Part shown: piece by piece, positions 38,001-47,400 of the stretch
Layout of the letters: every line of letters begins with the position of its first letter
Position numbering within the stretch: position 1 is the first letter of the stretch
IMG/VR virus record: IMGVR_UViG_3300031658_000009
Span: 1-58,012 of that record
DNA length: 58,012 nucleotides
Direction: 5' to 3' (one strand)
Source of the DNA: a virus
Taxonomy: Duplodnaviria > Caudoviricetes
Made by a program: the position numbers and the translations under genes
Notes under the pieces: model-generated
The model's database searches: none
What the model was told of the DNA's origin: nothing
The model's input: only the letters and a program-made list of their open reading frames with translations

Positions 38001-41000
38001 CCTTGATAGAACGTACGTACTGTATTCATGATAGCCATATCATCAGCCAAATTACTGTTGATCTCTTGTAGCCTACGGAAGGCTTCTGTTTGAACACCGG
38101 CATCTTCACTAAAGAAGTAGTTAGACGCAGCGGTTTGTACTTCTTGTCGCTGCTCAGGTGTCATCTTCGCTGTTATCTTTCTAACTGCTTTTAATCTTAC
38201 AGCAAGCAAATTTAAGTAAGGGACATTCGCCGACTGTGCAAACTCTTGCGCTGATAAAACAGCACCCTTAGTTCTTCTTAATCCAACGTTTGTTTTGCGC
38301 TCAAGTGACTTAACTTTATTTGAAACGCCCTTCGTTATACTAGAAAGTAGTTCGTCAAAAGGACTTAAAGTCTTCTCATAATTATCAGGGTCTATTAATC
38401 CAGACTGATTTTTTGCTTCAACCAGGTCTACTAACTCTCCATCTGGACCAAAGGTAGATTGTGGTTTTGTTCTTTGAAAGCGTTCAGTTCTTAGTGACTC
38501 TGGTTTAGTTACAGTACGGGCGTCACCACCAAGGCGCATAGTTTCAGCAGTTCCTTTCATGTAGTTAGCGAGATCTTGAGCGAGTGCAGCCTCTGTTAGA
38601 TCACCAAAGTTAATATTACCTCCTGTTATCTTTCTTAATATGTTACCTATGTAAGCCTTTAGTTGCTCTAAGAATGTAGGATCAAACGTAATATTTTTAT
38701 TAGCAAGAAGTCCTCCTAACTGAACCATAAATTCTTCAGACTGAAGTGTACCTTGTTCTTCTAGACTACCCTCATATCTTGTCGCAAAGTCATTCAACTG
38801 CTTTACATCTGATGCAGCCAATTGTCTTACAACTAGTTTCCTTAGTTGATTATAATCAGTTACATTTTCCTTGAAATGATCATTTAAAATATTGTGAAAT
38901 ATTTCATGATACGCTGTTTGGATGCCGGTGAACTTCTCTCCGGGGCCACGTGTCTGACCTTCTCCTGCTAGTTCTTTATCTATAGGGACCTCTACTGCTA
39001 TTCTACCTACGTTCTTAAGAGTACCTTTTTTTACTGCTGTTTTACCAGCGCTTCTTTTACCAGCAGGTTCTACGCCAAACCCTGCTTTAACAAGGGCTGA
39101 TTGATATCCTTCTCTACCGAATCCAACAGCAAACTTAGTCGCTCCTGGAATAGATTTCTTATAAGACTCCGAAGCAAGTAACATGTTTTCTAAATACGCT
39201 CTTTCTCCTGCCCTGAACTTACCCTCAGCCATAGCACGTCGTAAGTCCTCTACTTCCTGTGGGTTGTAAAGATCATAAGAGGTTCCCTCACGACTGGACA
39301 CGTCCTTCGAACGGGACTGAACTTCTGTCTCTGAGGTTTTACTCTCTGTTATTTTTACTGTTGCACGATCACGGCCTTTAGTGCCATCTTTAAAGGTGAC
39401 TTCAAACTCTACTTCAGCAACCTTGGTTCCGTTAGGAATTTCTCTTACTTCAAATACTCTAGTTATTTCAGTTGAACTTCCGTCAGTATCTTCTAATCCG
39501 TTTTCTGCTAAGTTGATTTCCTCATTCTCATTAAGAACTGTTTCAGGACTTACGCTACTATTACTTCTTTGATCACTGCTTCTGTTACTTCTATTTGACT
39601 GATACTTTGTAGTTTTTATACCATCTTTCTCAGAAGTTTGTTCTATAATAGTTAAGTTAGTTTTCTCACCTTTAACTATGACCTCTCTGTTTTCTATTAT
39701 ACTTTCGTTTTCACCCAGATCTATTTTATTAGGGTTACTCACTTCTTCTTCAGTAGTACTGGTTGTTAGTTCTTGATCTCCAGTTAATATTTCTTTGATC
39801 TGTGCCTGAAGATTACCGCTGTCTTTTTTTAGGGTTTCTACCGTACGGGGATCTACACCTTCAGTTTGAATCGTCGCTTCATTTGCTAATATGAGTTCAA
39901 GTATACCGTTGACTTCACCTTTTTGTTCCTGCTCTAACGCTAAGTAATTTTCCGAAAGAGTAGTCTTTAGATCATACTTCTTATCTCTTAGTTCTCTAAG
40001 TGATTGTTTCTTAACACGTGCTTCGTTTTTATCTACAGGTTGAATAGCAGATACTGCTGCGATCTCTGAGTTTAACTTAGACATCTCGGGTATAGCATCA
40101 ACAGCGTTACTTGATTCAACTAGATCTTTTTGATTTGCAGTAGCCTTTATTACATCTGCGTATCTCAACTCCCCTGGGGTAGCGTTTAAACGCCCTGAAA
40201 GATTATAGGCCATAGCAGGACCAGCAGGACCAAGTTCAGCAAAAGCCTCAAGGGCAATGTCACGAGGTCTTATCTCTTCACCAGAAATTACTTGCCCAGC
40301 CAACTCACCGGTACCCCCAAGTAACCCTTGAGAGGCGGCTTCTGCTCCTAATATTTTTACTGCTCTGTTTGTGGTAGTTTTTCCTAACGCTTTTACAACA
40401 GATGTGCCAACCTTACCGGCAACACCACCTGATATAGCATCAAATATACCAATAGGTATACCTCTCTTTAGTCCTTTCTCTCTTGCCCTCTCCATGATTT
40501 TCTCATCCTCAAAAGCAAAAGCAAGTTGATCAGCCTTTGTAACATCTATGCCTTCCTCTCTTAACACATCACTAATTGAAGAAGCATATTCTATTGCCAA
40601 CGAAGCAGCACCAAAATATCCAGCAGTAGCACCTGTTGTTGCACCTAATGCTGTACCTATACCAGGTACAACAGAACCTACTCCAGCACCTGTTGCACCA
40701 AGAGCGGCAGCGCCTCTGATACCCGCTTCTTTTGCTGACACCATAGATATAAGAGACTGAGGTATAACACGTATAATATCAAGTATAAAACTACCAACAG
40801 CATTAGATGTATCATATAGATAGTCTTCTTCCCTAGGTGCGTTCTCTTGTATAACTGAGTTTAGATAAGCGATTTTCTCATAAGGTACTTCCCCAGATAT
40901 TTCTGCCTGTTGTATTACGTTAGCAAGAAGCCCAGGGGCAACACCGCTGTTGTATAACCGTGCTAACTCATTCTCTGCTTCAGGTATAATACCAGGCAAC

Positions 41001-41398
41001 CCCTCAACTGGAGGGGCGATCTTTCTTGCTGATTCAGATTTGTAATATTGCTCTGCCATTGAGACAATACCAGGACGATCGGAAAAGTTTTCTCTTATAT
41101 AATCAATGGACATGCCTTTTTCGTAGGCACTTTGTAATGAATTCAGTCCACCCGAAAGGATAAACTCTGAGTCACTGTTTACTGGAGAAGAAAGAGATTC
41201 CGTAGTATCTGGAACCAATCCTGATTCTGAAACCGAAAGAACTTCTTCCGACGATTCTCCTGTAGAGTCTTTTTTTTTTAGGAAAAACTCTTCAGCGGCC
41301 TTGTATTGCTCATCGCTGGTAACAGTACGAATGTAATCAAGAGGGACGCCTTTAGCGTAAGCCTTCTCAAGTACCTCTAATAATTCCTGGTCTTCCAT
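35090..41398 (-). CDS. Large internal virion/ejection (polyvalent-type) protein with zincin motif
   Basis: 2102 aa, last of three cargo-like genes. G/A-rich hydrophobic hairpin region; HEIFH..EEF metallopeptidase motif. Confidence 0.75.
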   Translation of the reverse strand: MEDQELLEVLEKAYAKGVPLDYIRTVTSDEQYKAAEEFFLKKKDSTGESSEEVLSVSESGLVPDTTESLSSPVNSDSEFILSGGLNSLQSAYEKGMSIDYIRENFSDRPGIVSMAEQYYKSESARKIAPPVEGLPGIIPEAENELARLYNSGVAPGLLANVIQQAEISGEVPYEKIAYLNSVIQENAPREEDYLYDTSNAVGSFILDIIRVIPQSLISMVSAKEAGIRGAAALGATGAGVGSVVPGIGTALGATTGATAGYFGAASLAIEYASSISDVLREEGIDVTKADQLAFAFEDEKIMERAREKGLKRGIPIGIFDAISGGVAGKVGTSVVKALGKTTTNRAVKILGAEAASQGLLGGTGELAGQVISGEEIRPRDIALEAFAELGPAGPAMAYNLSGRLNATPGELRYADVIKATANQKDLVESSNAVDAIPEMSKLNSEIAAVSAIQPVDKNEARVKKQSLRELRDKKYDLKTTLSENYLALEQEQKGEVNGILELILANEATIQTEGVDPRTVETLKKDSGNLQAQIKEILTGDQELTTSTTEEEVSNPNKIDLGENESIIENREVIVKGEKTNLTIIEQTSEKDGIKTTKYQSNRSNRSSDQRSNSSVSPETVLNENEEINLAENGLEDTDGSSTEITRVFEVREIPNGTKVAEVEFEVTFKDGTKGRDRATVKITESKTSETEVQSRSKDVSSREGTSYDLYNPQEVEDLRRAMAEGKFRAGERAYLENMLLASESYKKSIPGATKFAVGFGREGYQSALVKAGFGVEPAGKRSAGKTAVKKGTLKNVGRIAVEVPIDKELAGEGQTRGPGEKFTGIQTAYHEIFHNILNDHFKENVTDYNQLRKLVVRQLAASDVKQLNDFATRYEGSLEEQGTLQSEEFMVQLGGLLANKNITFDPTFLEQLKAYIGNILRKITGGNINFGDLTEAALAQDLANYMKGTAETMRLGGDARTVTKPESLRTERFQRTKPQSTFGPDGELVDLVEAKNQSGLIDPDNYEKTLSPFDELLSSITKGVSNKVKSLERKTNVGLRRTKGAVLSAQEFAQSANVPYLNLLAVRLKAVRKITAKMTPEQRQEVQTAASNYFFSEDAGVQTEAFRRLQEINSNLADDMAIMNTVRTFYQGQFDTNPMYDILPDEMVDIIKGNSKFYATTTYRAFTDPDFEFNSKLAEAAEEAMVNLNMMDEYFYLQEQLELAPEGLNIIAQMKEMGLNHLKSEDIVKYVDAKKKSLNKEIKDLSKSGNTSGVVTATDNLQVFSEKDIAQIKEEIDAGVLAEKIQEENLDFRDDDQVFDYAAKTKKKEVRAGVQKYIKDIRIKANNISGRNTQSDEFRGDDDLGGLRVPTKSFKAKQDLPQELRDYLGEEKDAFIKFTTTVNNLANIYGKFGLVDKVNKAGKNAGIGDLLLTSTLYNAVLRSNYLTDSKGEQMYVLPSEASNVSVQNLKELIYNSENFGLKNPQESLTEFFDRIDIEYTQKIYNKEDGSKVEIIEPTNYTEFRKLNNALDIYFQENFTIVKDRNSPMNGQAIRNDFVQALKMTPLYASENKGMQAYYATLLQMRRTRVLYNLSTWRKNIIGGYYFLAINGILPVGDNLGGYNVIKDLNTRFKKIRKGEYTDPVLIEQMETVARYGLLGSSVSATLFDDINQSFFAQMNGDSSDKAWAWLGKAKEKSKRIAYQYGAIDDYTKLVGFLVKRENFAKRLASNPDGKSFSELSPQEQNEVNEMTAERIKQTFPTMSRIHPSFRVLMKSPLGDFLSFRLESFRSFFAVYKNAVNDIKEGATNQSLTPSQRQAYVVDGTKSVTMGAAMAAMSAIGYSVLANLVRGDDDETKDDLSVVARGTNMILPAWMQGANILPIKMEKNGDIRFVNMSSEDPYDEIQGLIYKRDGVQRLDQIENILGDFLDPNMAVGMMYNVIKGKNQYGEPIQSSEDLNWFYRNIIGPSYVDWDKALGTYVLKEVFIPPNIAFIERTLRKRAKEIEKAQKEGLEPELEPLNAVQLASNLVWRDYPINIAQQFYWNLKDMNLKDKWSELPENRKTIREARLMEIKQAYEFGVTYGETFENYDLIEKFEKSVRQKFRGSYQEIDYILYDVPLDE

Positions 41399-41425
41399 TT
41401 CTATAAATTTACTATTATGTCTAGC

Positions 41426-43414
41426 CTATTTCTTACCGTAAAGTGACTCCATGTATTCATCCCATGTATAGTCCTTCATTGCCTTCTCTATTCTTAACTG
41501 AAGTTTTCTTATTGAATCGTATTTAGGACCTTTATTTAATCCAGGCTTCTCTGGATCTTCAAATACCTTTTCTTTAATTTGACCAATATACTCTGTATAG
41601 TTGGGGTCAGTATTGGAACGCTGATAATCTGAGTCGCGCATAATAACATCCAGAATATCCTCAAAATACCTATTAGTTTTTTCAACTTTATTTTCTACGT
41701 CACTAACGGCTTCCTGATTATTCTCTGCTTCTAACCTACCTGCCACAGATTCATCTGCTAGTATCGCTGCTTGATACTTATCTGTAATTTTTCTTTTTTC
41801 TCTACCGGCAAGTCCAGCCCATGCATCGCCTGTGACATCTTGTGCTAAACCTATCGCTATGGTGCGGGCCTGGTTACTGTTTTCTACACCACTAAGATCT
41901 ATATCTGCTGGTAAATCAACCATCTCTTCCTCAATAGTCTCTTCCTCAATAGTCTCTTCTACAACAGCGGGTTCATCACCTTCGTACTGATCAATACCCT
42001 GATTCAAGAAGGCTACGTCACCCAGCACAGGAGATTCTGAAGTTGGTGCTGACCCTTCTGTTCCTTTTTCATTGAGATAGTTTTCTGTCCAATGCTCTTG
42101 CATCTCTTGAAGGGTACTGGCTATACTATTAACCGCTGTCTTGCCTCCTTTAATGCCTTCTCCTTGTATTTCACTCCAAGGAACTATGACTCTTGCTGTA
42201 TGTTTCTTGTTACCACGAAGACCTCTAACATCTTGATCGTACCTCAGCGAAACTAATGGCTCACCTGTTGAAGATATTGCTAAAGACTCTATGGTGTAAA
42301 TGTTATTATCACCCTTTCTGCTTACGATTGTTGGTGTAGAGTAACTTACGTTTTTAAACAAATCAGTGTCAGCGTAAACCATTCCAGTTTCCGGATCTAG
42401 ACTGTCTTCGTATTCAGTCTTATATGAAGTAGTCACAACATTATCTTCATTAGTACCGTATGCAGGTATATATCCTAATTGACCTGTCTGAAATCCAGAA
42501 CCTACTTTAGCGGCGCTGCTACCACCAGATGTTGATCTGTTTTTTACTGACTCTTTGCGACTAACCAACCTTACCGCTTGATCATCTTTTTCTTTCTGTG
42601 TTTGTATGTCGTCTGACAACAGGTTTGTAAGGCTTTCCGTTACATAACCTGCGTATTGCTGAAGATATTTTAACCTATCATCTTCGGACAATCCTCTTAC
42701 CTTATCTATATCAGTGTAGTCATCACTAAGACCACCTAGTTGACGCATCGAAAAAGCAATTGCCTCATCTTCTTGCTCTTGTGATAGATTATTTCCATTG
42801 AACCATGTAGTTACAGATTCAGTAACTGCGCCAGGGTCTAAAGCCCCAGTCTTAGCCATGTTATAAAAATTATCAATACCACCACCGGCCTTGAGTTTAC
42901 CTAGGATATCTCCTGCTACAGAGTTAGGGGCAACCTCCTTTACTGTGTATCTACGGAAATCTTTAGGGTTAGGAAGTTCAGTCATGAACCCCTGTATTTG
43001 ATTAAGAGGTATGGCTATATCTCTTGCTTCACCCAACTGTGTGATTAATTCAGCCGGATTGTTATAATCAGAAGGATTAGCAGTAACAGAGGCCTCAAAG
43101 TCGTTTATCTTTGCAGTGTACTCAAGAGCATCTGCTGCTAGATTCTTGTAGTCACCATACATCTTTTGTCTTTTAGCCCTGCCTTTAAAGGACATGTCAC
43201 CGTTATCTAAATCTGATTCAATAGCATCCCAGGCTTTTTGAAGTTCAGGCTGTAACCCTTGAGCAAAAGAACCACGCTCCGCTTGGAACTGGTTCAGGTA
43301 GTCTAGTTTTTTTTGCTCTGTAATTTCACGCTGTTGTTTAGAGCGTTCATAGATAGCGCCATAATCAACATTTGGCACCTGGCCTATCGCCATGAATTGA
43401 GATGTATCAGCCAT
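41426..43414 (-). CDS. Internal virion/ejection protein
   Basis: 662 aa, acidic and helical, between the other cargo genes. Confidence 0.65.
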   Translation of the reverse strand: MADTSQFMAIGQVPNVDYGAIYERSKQQREITEQKKLDYLNQFQAERGSFAQGLQPELQKAWDAIESDLDNGDMSFKGRAKRQKMYGDYKNLAADALEYTAKINDFEASVTANPSDYNNPAELITQLGEARDIAIPLNQIQGFMTELPNPKDFRRYTVKEVAPNSVAGDILGKLKAGGGIDNFYNMAKTGALDPGAVTESVTTWFNGNNLSQEQEDEAIAFSMRQLGGLSDDYTDIDKVRGLSEDDRLKYLQQYAGYVTESLTNLLSDDIQTQKEKDDQAVRLVSRKESVKNRSTSGGSSAAKVGSGFQTGQLGYIPAYGTNEDNVVTTSYKTEYEDSLDPETGMVYADTDLFKNVSYSTPTIVSRKGDNNIYTIESLAISSTGEPLVSLRYDQDVRGLRGNKKHTARVIVPWSEIQGEGIKGGKTAVNSIASTLQEMQEHWTENYLNEKGTEGSAPTSESPVLGDVAFLNQGIDQYEGDEPAVVEETIEEETIEEEMVDLPADIDLSGVENSNQARTIAIGLAQDVTGDAWAGLAGREKRKITDKYQAAILADESVAGRLEAENNQEAVSDVENKVEKTNRYFEDILDVIMRDSDYQRSNTDPNYTEYIGQIKEKVFEDPEKPGLNKGPKYDSIRKLQLRIEKAMKDYTWDEYMESLYGKK

Positions 43415-44415
43415 TACTTAAATTGTTCTTTGCTTAGTAAGTTACGTATGAATCTGTGAAGTTTTGTATCTCCTTTTACAGATAACTGAAGTAACTCCTC
43501 TGCTTGTTCTGGGTTAAATATATATTCACCCCCTGTCATTTCTCCTATCTTATCCCCTTCTTGAACAATATCAATCGGATTCTCTTCGTGGTCAAATTCA
43601 CCTGGTGTTTTTTCTACCTCACCTCCATGTTCAAACCCATTAAATCCTTCACTGCCCATTGGAGATCCTGATGTTAGTTCTTTTTCAAATTCCTCTTCAG
43701 CAGCAAGTTTTGCGGCAAACTCATCTTCAACAATATTAAAACTCTGTGTAGGAATATTTTTAAATCCTCCACCAGATTGTGATGGGTTCCGTTTAGTTTG
43801 ATTTAGCATCGCTTGCAATGGATCTAACATAGGCGAACCTGCATTACCAACGAATTCTGCTTTCTCTTGCACAGAGATTACGTCCTCTACCGGTGTGTCT
43901 TTAGTTGTTTTAGAACTCTCACCCATTGATCCCGCTATTCCTGCTAGTCCGCCAATCATAGAAGAAACTCCACCGAGTGTTGCGGTACGTGCTGCATCTG
44001 CGGCTTGGTTTAAGCGATTTCTATTATCAACAACACCAGCATTGCTAGTCTGTAGATTTATCTTATCCTCAAGTCTGCCAGTACGAGCGCCTAATGAACC
44101 TAATCTATCTAACGCACGTCCGGTGCTTAACTCTGTTGCTCTTAGTAAGCCAGGTGTAGCGGCTTGTAAAGCACGAGACCCACCTGTATTGCTAATCTGT
44201 AGTGCTTGAGTGGCTTGAGATCGTAGCGCTGAGTCTATTGCGCTTTGTGAATCAGACTCTTGTCTTGCTATACGATTACGTGCGGCCTGAGATCTAATAG
44301 GGCCTGAAGCCATAGCATCAGCCTGTGCTAATTTCTTTTTAGCCTGATTCTCTTGGTATAAACCGTAACCGGCTTGTGCCGCTCCTGCTCCAAGATTAAA
44401 TAAAGGTCCTATCAT
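43414..44415 (-). CDS. Internal virion/ejection (pilot-like) protein
   Basis: A/G/Q-rich N-terminus; C-terminal TPGEFDHEENPI..GEMTGGEYIFN domain. Confidence 0.65.
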   Translation of the reverse strand: MIGPLFNLGAGAAQAGYGLYQENQAKKKLAQADAMASGPIRSQAARNRIARQESDSQSAIDSALRSQATQALQISNTGGSRALQAATPGLLRATELSTGRALDRLGSLGARTGRLEDKINLQTSNAGVVDNRNRLNQAADAARTATLGGVSSMIGGLAGIAGSMGESSKTTKDTPVEDVISVQEKAEFVGNAGSPMLDPLQAMLNQTKRNPSQSGGGFKNIPTQSFNIVEDEFAAKLAAEEEFEKELTSGSPMGSEGFNGFEHGGEVEKTPGEFDHEENPIDIVQEGDKIGEMTGGEYIFNPEQAEELLQLSVKGDTKLHRFIRNLLSKEQFK

Positions 44416-44436
44416 ATCTCATTTTTTTTAACCTTA

Positions 44437-44444
44437 CAAAAATA
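44437..44444 (-). promoter_or_regulatory. -7 element TATTTTTG upstream of the cargo genes
   Basis: TAnnTTTG match in the intergenic gap. Confidence 0.65.
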
Positions 44445-44451
44445 AGGATAA

Positions 44452-47400
44452 CTACTGTCCTTGTTGGTTGTGTAAGTTTGACTTAGTATATATAAAGTTT
44501 ATTGCGTACAACTCATGTGGAGTTGTATTTGAATTTACAAATTTAGCCTGCAAGTAGTAGTCCCTTATAGAGTCTCCTTCTATAGCAGAATTAGCAATCA
44601 GCACTAGTGTGTCTCCAGCAGAGAAACCAGATATGGTTGCATTACAAGTTAATTCTTTTTCTCCAGAAACAGAAACAGCATAAAGGTTTAAAGGCTCTAG
44701 TTTGTTTTGAGCAACATTTAAAAGATACAGCGCTGTTGAATCTCCCAATGGGAATGACTGATTATTAATAGCATTCTTGAAAGTTATCTTATCCGTAAGA
44801 GGACTCGGTAATGCATCTACTTCTCCGAGTGAAAAGACTTCAGACGTTCCGCTAACGGTAGTAACATCTGCGGTAGAAGTGTACGTGACATTGTTTGTGG
44901 AGTCTTGATGTATGGAAGCGTAGTAGAAATTTTCTTTTTCGTCCCAGATACTTGAGGCAATCGCACTTGTTTGATCACTATTTTTAAGTGTAACGGTCCA
45001 ATCAGAGTTATTACCCTCAAGGCTTAACGCTTCGTAAACCTTAATCATGGACGGGTTGAAATTAGAAACCACCTCTACTATTGTGTCCCCGGTAATTCCA
45101 TAAAAAGTGTTCTTTGGAACATCTGGTGAATGCTCAAATATTTTACCCGCATTAAATGTATACATTCTATCAGTCAAGGAAATAATTCCTTCTGCATTGT
45201 AAGAATATCTTGTGCTCCAGAACTTATCCCATAAATTATATGCAATAGTAAATGCAGGAAGCGTCTCACTAGTATCGCTAACTGTTATACTACCCGTAGG
45301 TTCTGTTGCTCTAAATTCTATTACCCCTGTTAATTGATTAAATGTACAAGGATAAAACGCTGTATACTGAGACGTTGTCATTACAACTGGTATATCAGTA
45401 GTCAAAGATGTAGATTGTGAAGGAGAGTAGTTCTCAGATATCCCTACGATCGGATTAGATGTTAGTTGATCTATTAGCAGTAATCCACTTCCAGCGGTAT
45501 CCCATGTATCAAAGTCACATTCCCATTGTCTAACCTCAGTATTAAAGAAGAACGTAAGTGAATCATCATATATAGGGGTTACATTTATTATTGCCCCACT
45601 AGCATTTGTTCTTGCGTTACCTACCCCTTGTGTTCCAGCACAACTATCATCAATAGCAATTCTAGATGTAAACAAAGCAGGAGAACTTATAATGTATTCT
45701 GTATTCTCTCTATCTATACCACCGTGGTATCTTTTGTTTTTAGCAGATAAAGCAGTAGAGAAGGTTTGTTGCTTAAAGAATCCATCAACTAGAACTTCAC
45801 TAATTACTGTAATACCTGTTTCTTTGCCAATACGTAAAACTTTACCAGCACGAGAATCCATGAAGTATATCTGTCCACGATACTGTGCAACAGACTCCGG
45901 GTTATTATTAACTCCGTACTCACCCGTATAGTAATTAGCAGGACCGAGTACCATATTAGAATTAACAAGAGCCTCACCTGAATCCGCTGTTAGTATATTT
46001 CTCTTGACCGGAACAACACCTGCTCTTCTTTCGTGTATGACATACATCAATTGATCATGAGAGACCATGGACTTTATAGATCCATAATCATAAGATAAAT
46101 CAGAGAAGTTTAACAGCGAAATATTAAACGAGGAAAGCCCAAGTTGAGACTGATCAAAAGCAAATGGATCTGAATATGTTATTGATCCGTATCTCTTGAT
46201 TGTCCTTGCATCTGGAAGGTAAGCAAAACTCTTACCCAGAGAAGTATAGTCTGATTTAAAGAAGTCACTTACTCTTGGATCTTCAATAAAATCTACTAAA
46301 GCATTTTGAGAAAAAGCAGCAGACATGTTTCTCCATACATCTCCCTTACGAGGGGCACTGGCATAAAATAATGTACGTAGTCTAAAGTAAGAATCACCTT
46401 GGTCTATATTAAATACAGAGTCAGGGTTTTGTACAGTTACTGCGTATATATTCGTCGGAGTCCAGGTGTCTGTTGTGTTACCATAAATACGTACAGTATA
46501 TCCACTTTCAGAATCATCATCAACTACGTTGCCTATAGTAATGCTTTCTCCACCGGCAGTTTGTACCTGATCTCCTTTAAACAAACGTATTGCAGACAAG
46601 GCTACAACTTCGTTTCCTGATTGAGAAATTATCTTAAGTGTAGTTGATGTACTTATTCTATTAGTTTGATGAACTCCTGCGCTGTCTATAGATAGGTTTT
46701 CCCCAATCTCATAGTAGAACATATTATTAAATGCATCAGACTCTCTAAATATCTCTATTACACATTGATTATTCCAATTGGAATTATTATCCATTATACT
46801 GGCCGTATTCCAGCCAAATGTGTTATTGTCTTCTAACACTAAGAAGTCTCCTGTAGTGTTCTGTATTGAAGCCTTAGAACTTCTATCTAATATAGGGTTG
46901 GTAGTAGGACTCGCTAACAATGTAGTAAGCCTTGACACCCTCCAGGTTTTAGTCTCCTTAATATTATCACCATACCTAACTATGCGCACTCTGTCTCCTT
47001 CGGCAAACCCATAACTTATGTCAGCACCTAACTGATTATCATAAGAGTTGTTTCGGCTCTGTAATGTACCTAGGGATAGGTATATGTTTTGTGCTGCACC
47101 GAAGCCACCTTCTGCGGCATCATTCAAAGCAAGGTAAGCACCACCTATAGAGTACTGTATCTTATTTACAATTGATCCTTGGCCAGCGTATACAACACTA
47201 AACCTTGACGCCCATGTTGGAGCAGTGTGACGGATACGCATAGTGATATCTGCATAGCCATCTAAATTGTTTTGATTATCTCTGTTGTTTGTGTGCTGTA
47301 CAAAAGTCTCCTCCAACAACGGCTGTACTCCACCGGCTCTACCTTTGTCGTCAAAGTATATTAATCCAAGTTCATGATTTGATCCAGATTTAAAACACTT

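Noticed and set aside
35090-41398. crAss-type virion RNA polymerase
   Set aside because: No catalytic DxDxD-type RNAP motif recognised, and host-type promoters are used throughout. A profile search is needed to exclude it fully.
41925-41960. 15-bp tandem repeat encoding EETIEEETIEEE
   Set aside because: Short low-complexity linker duplication with no further structure.
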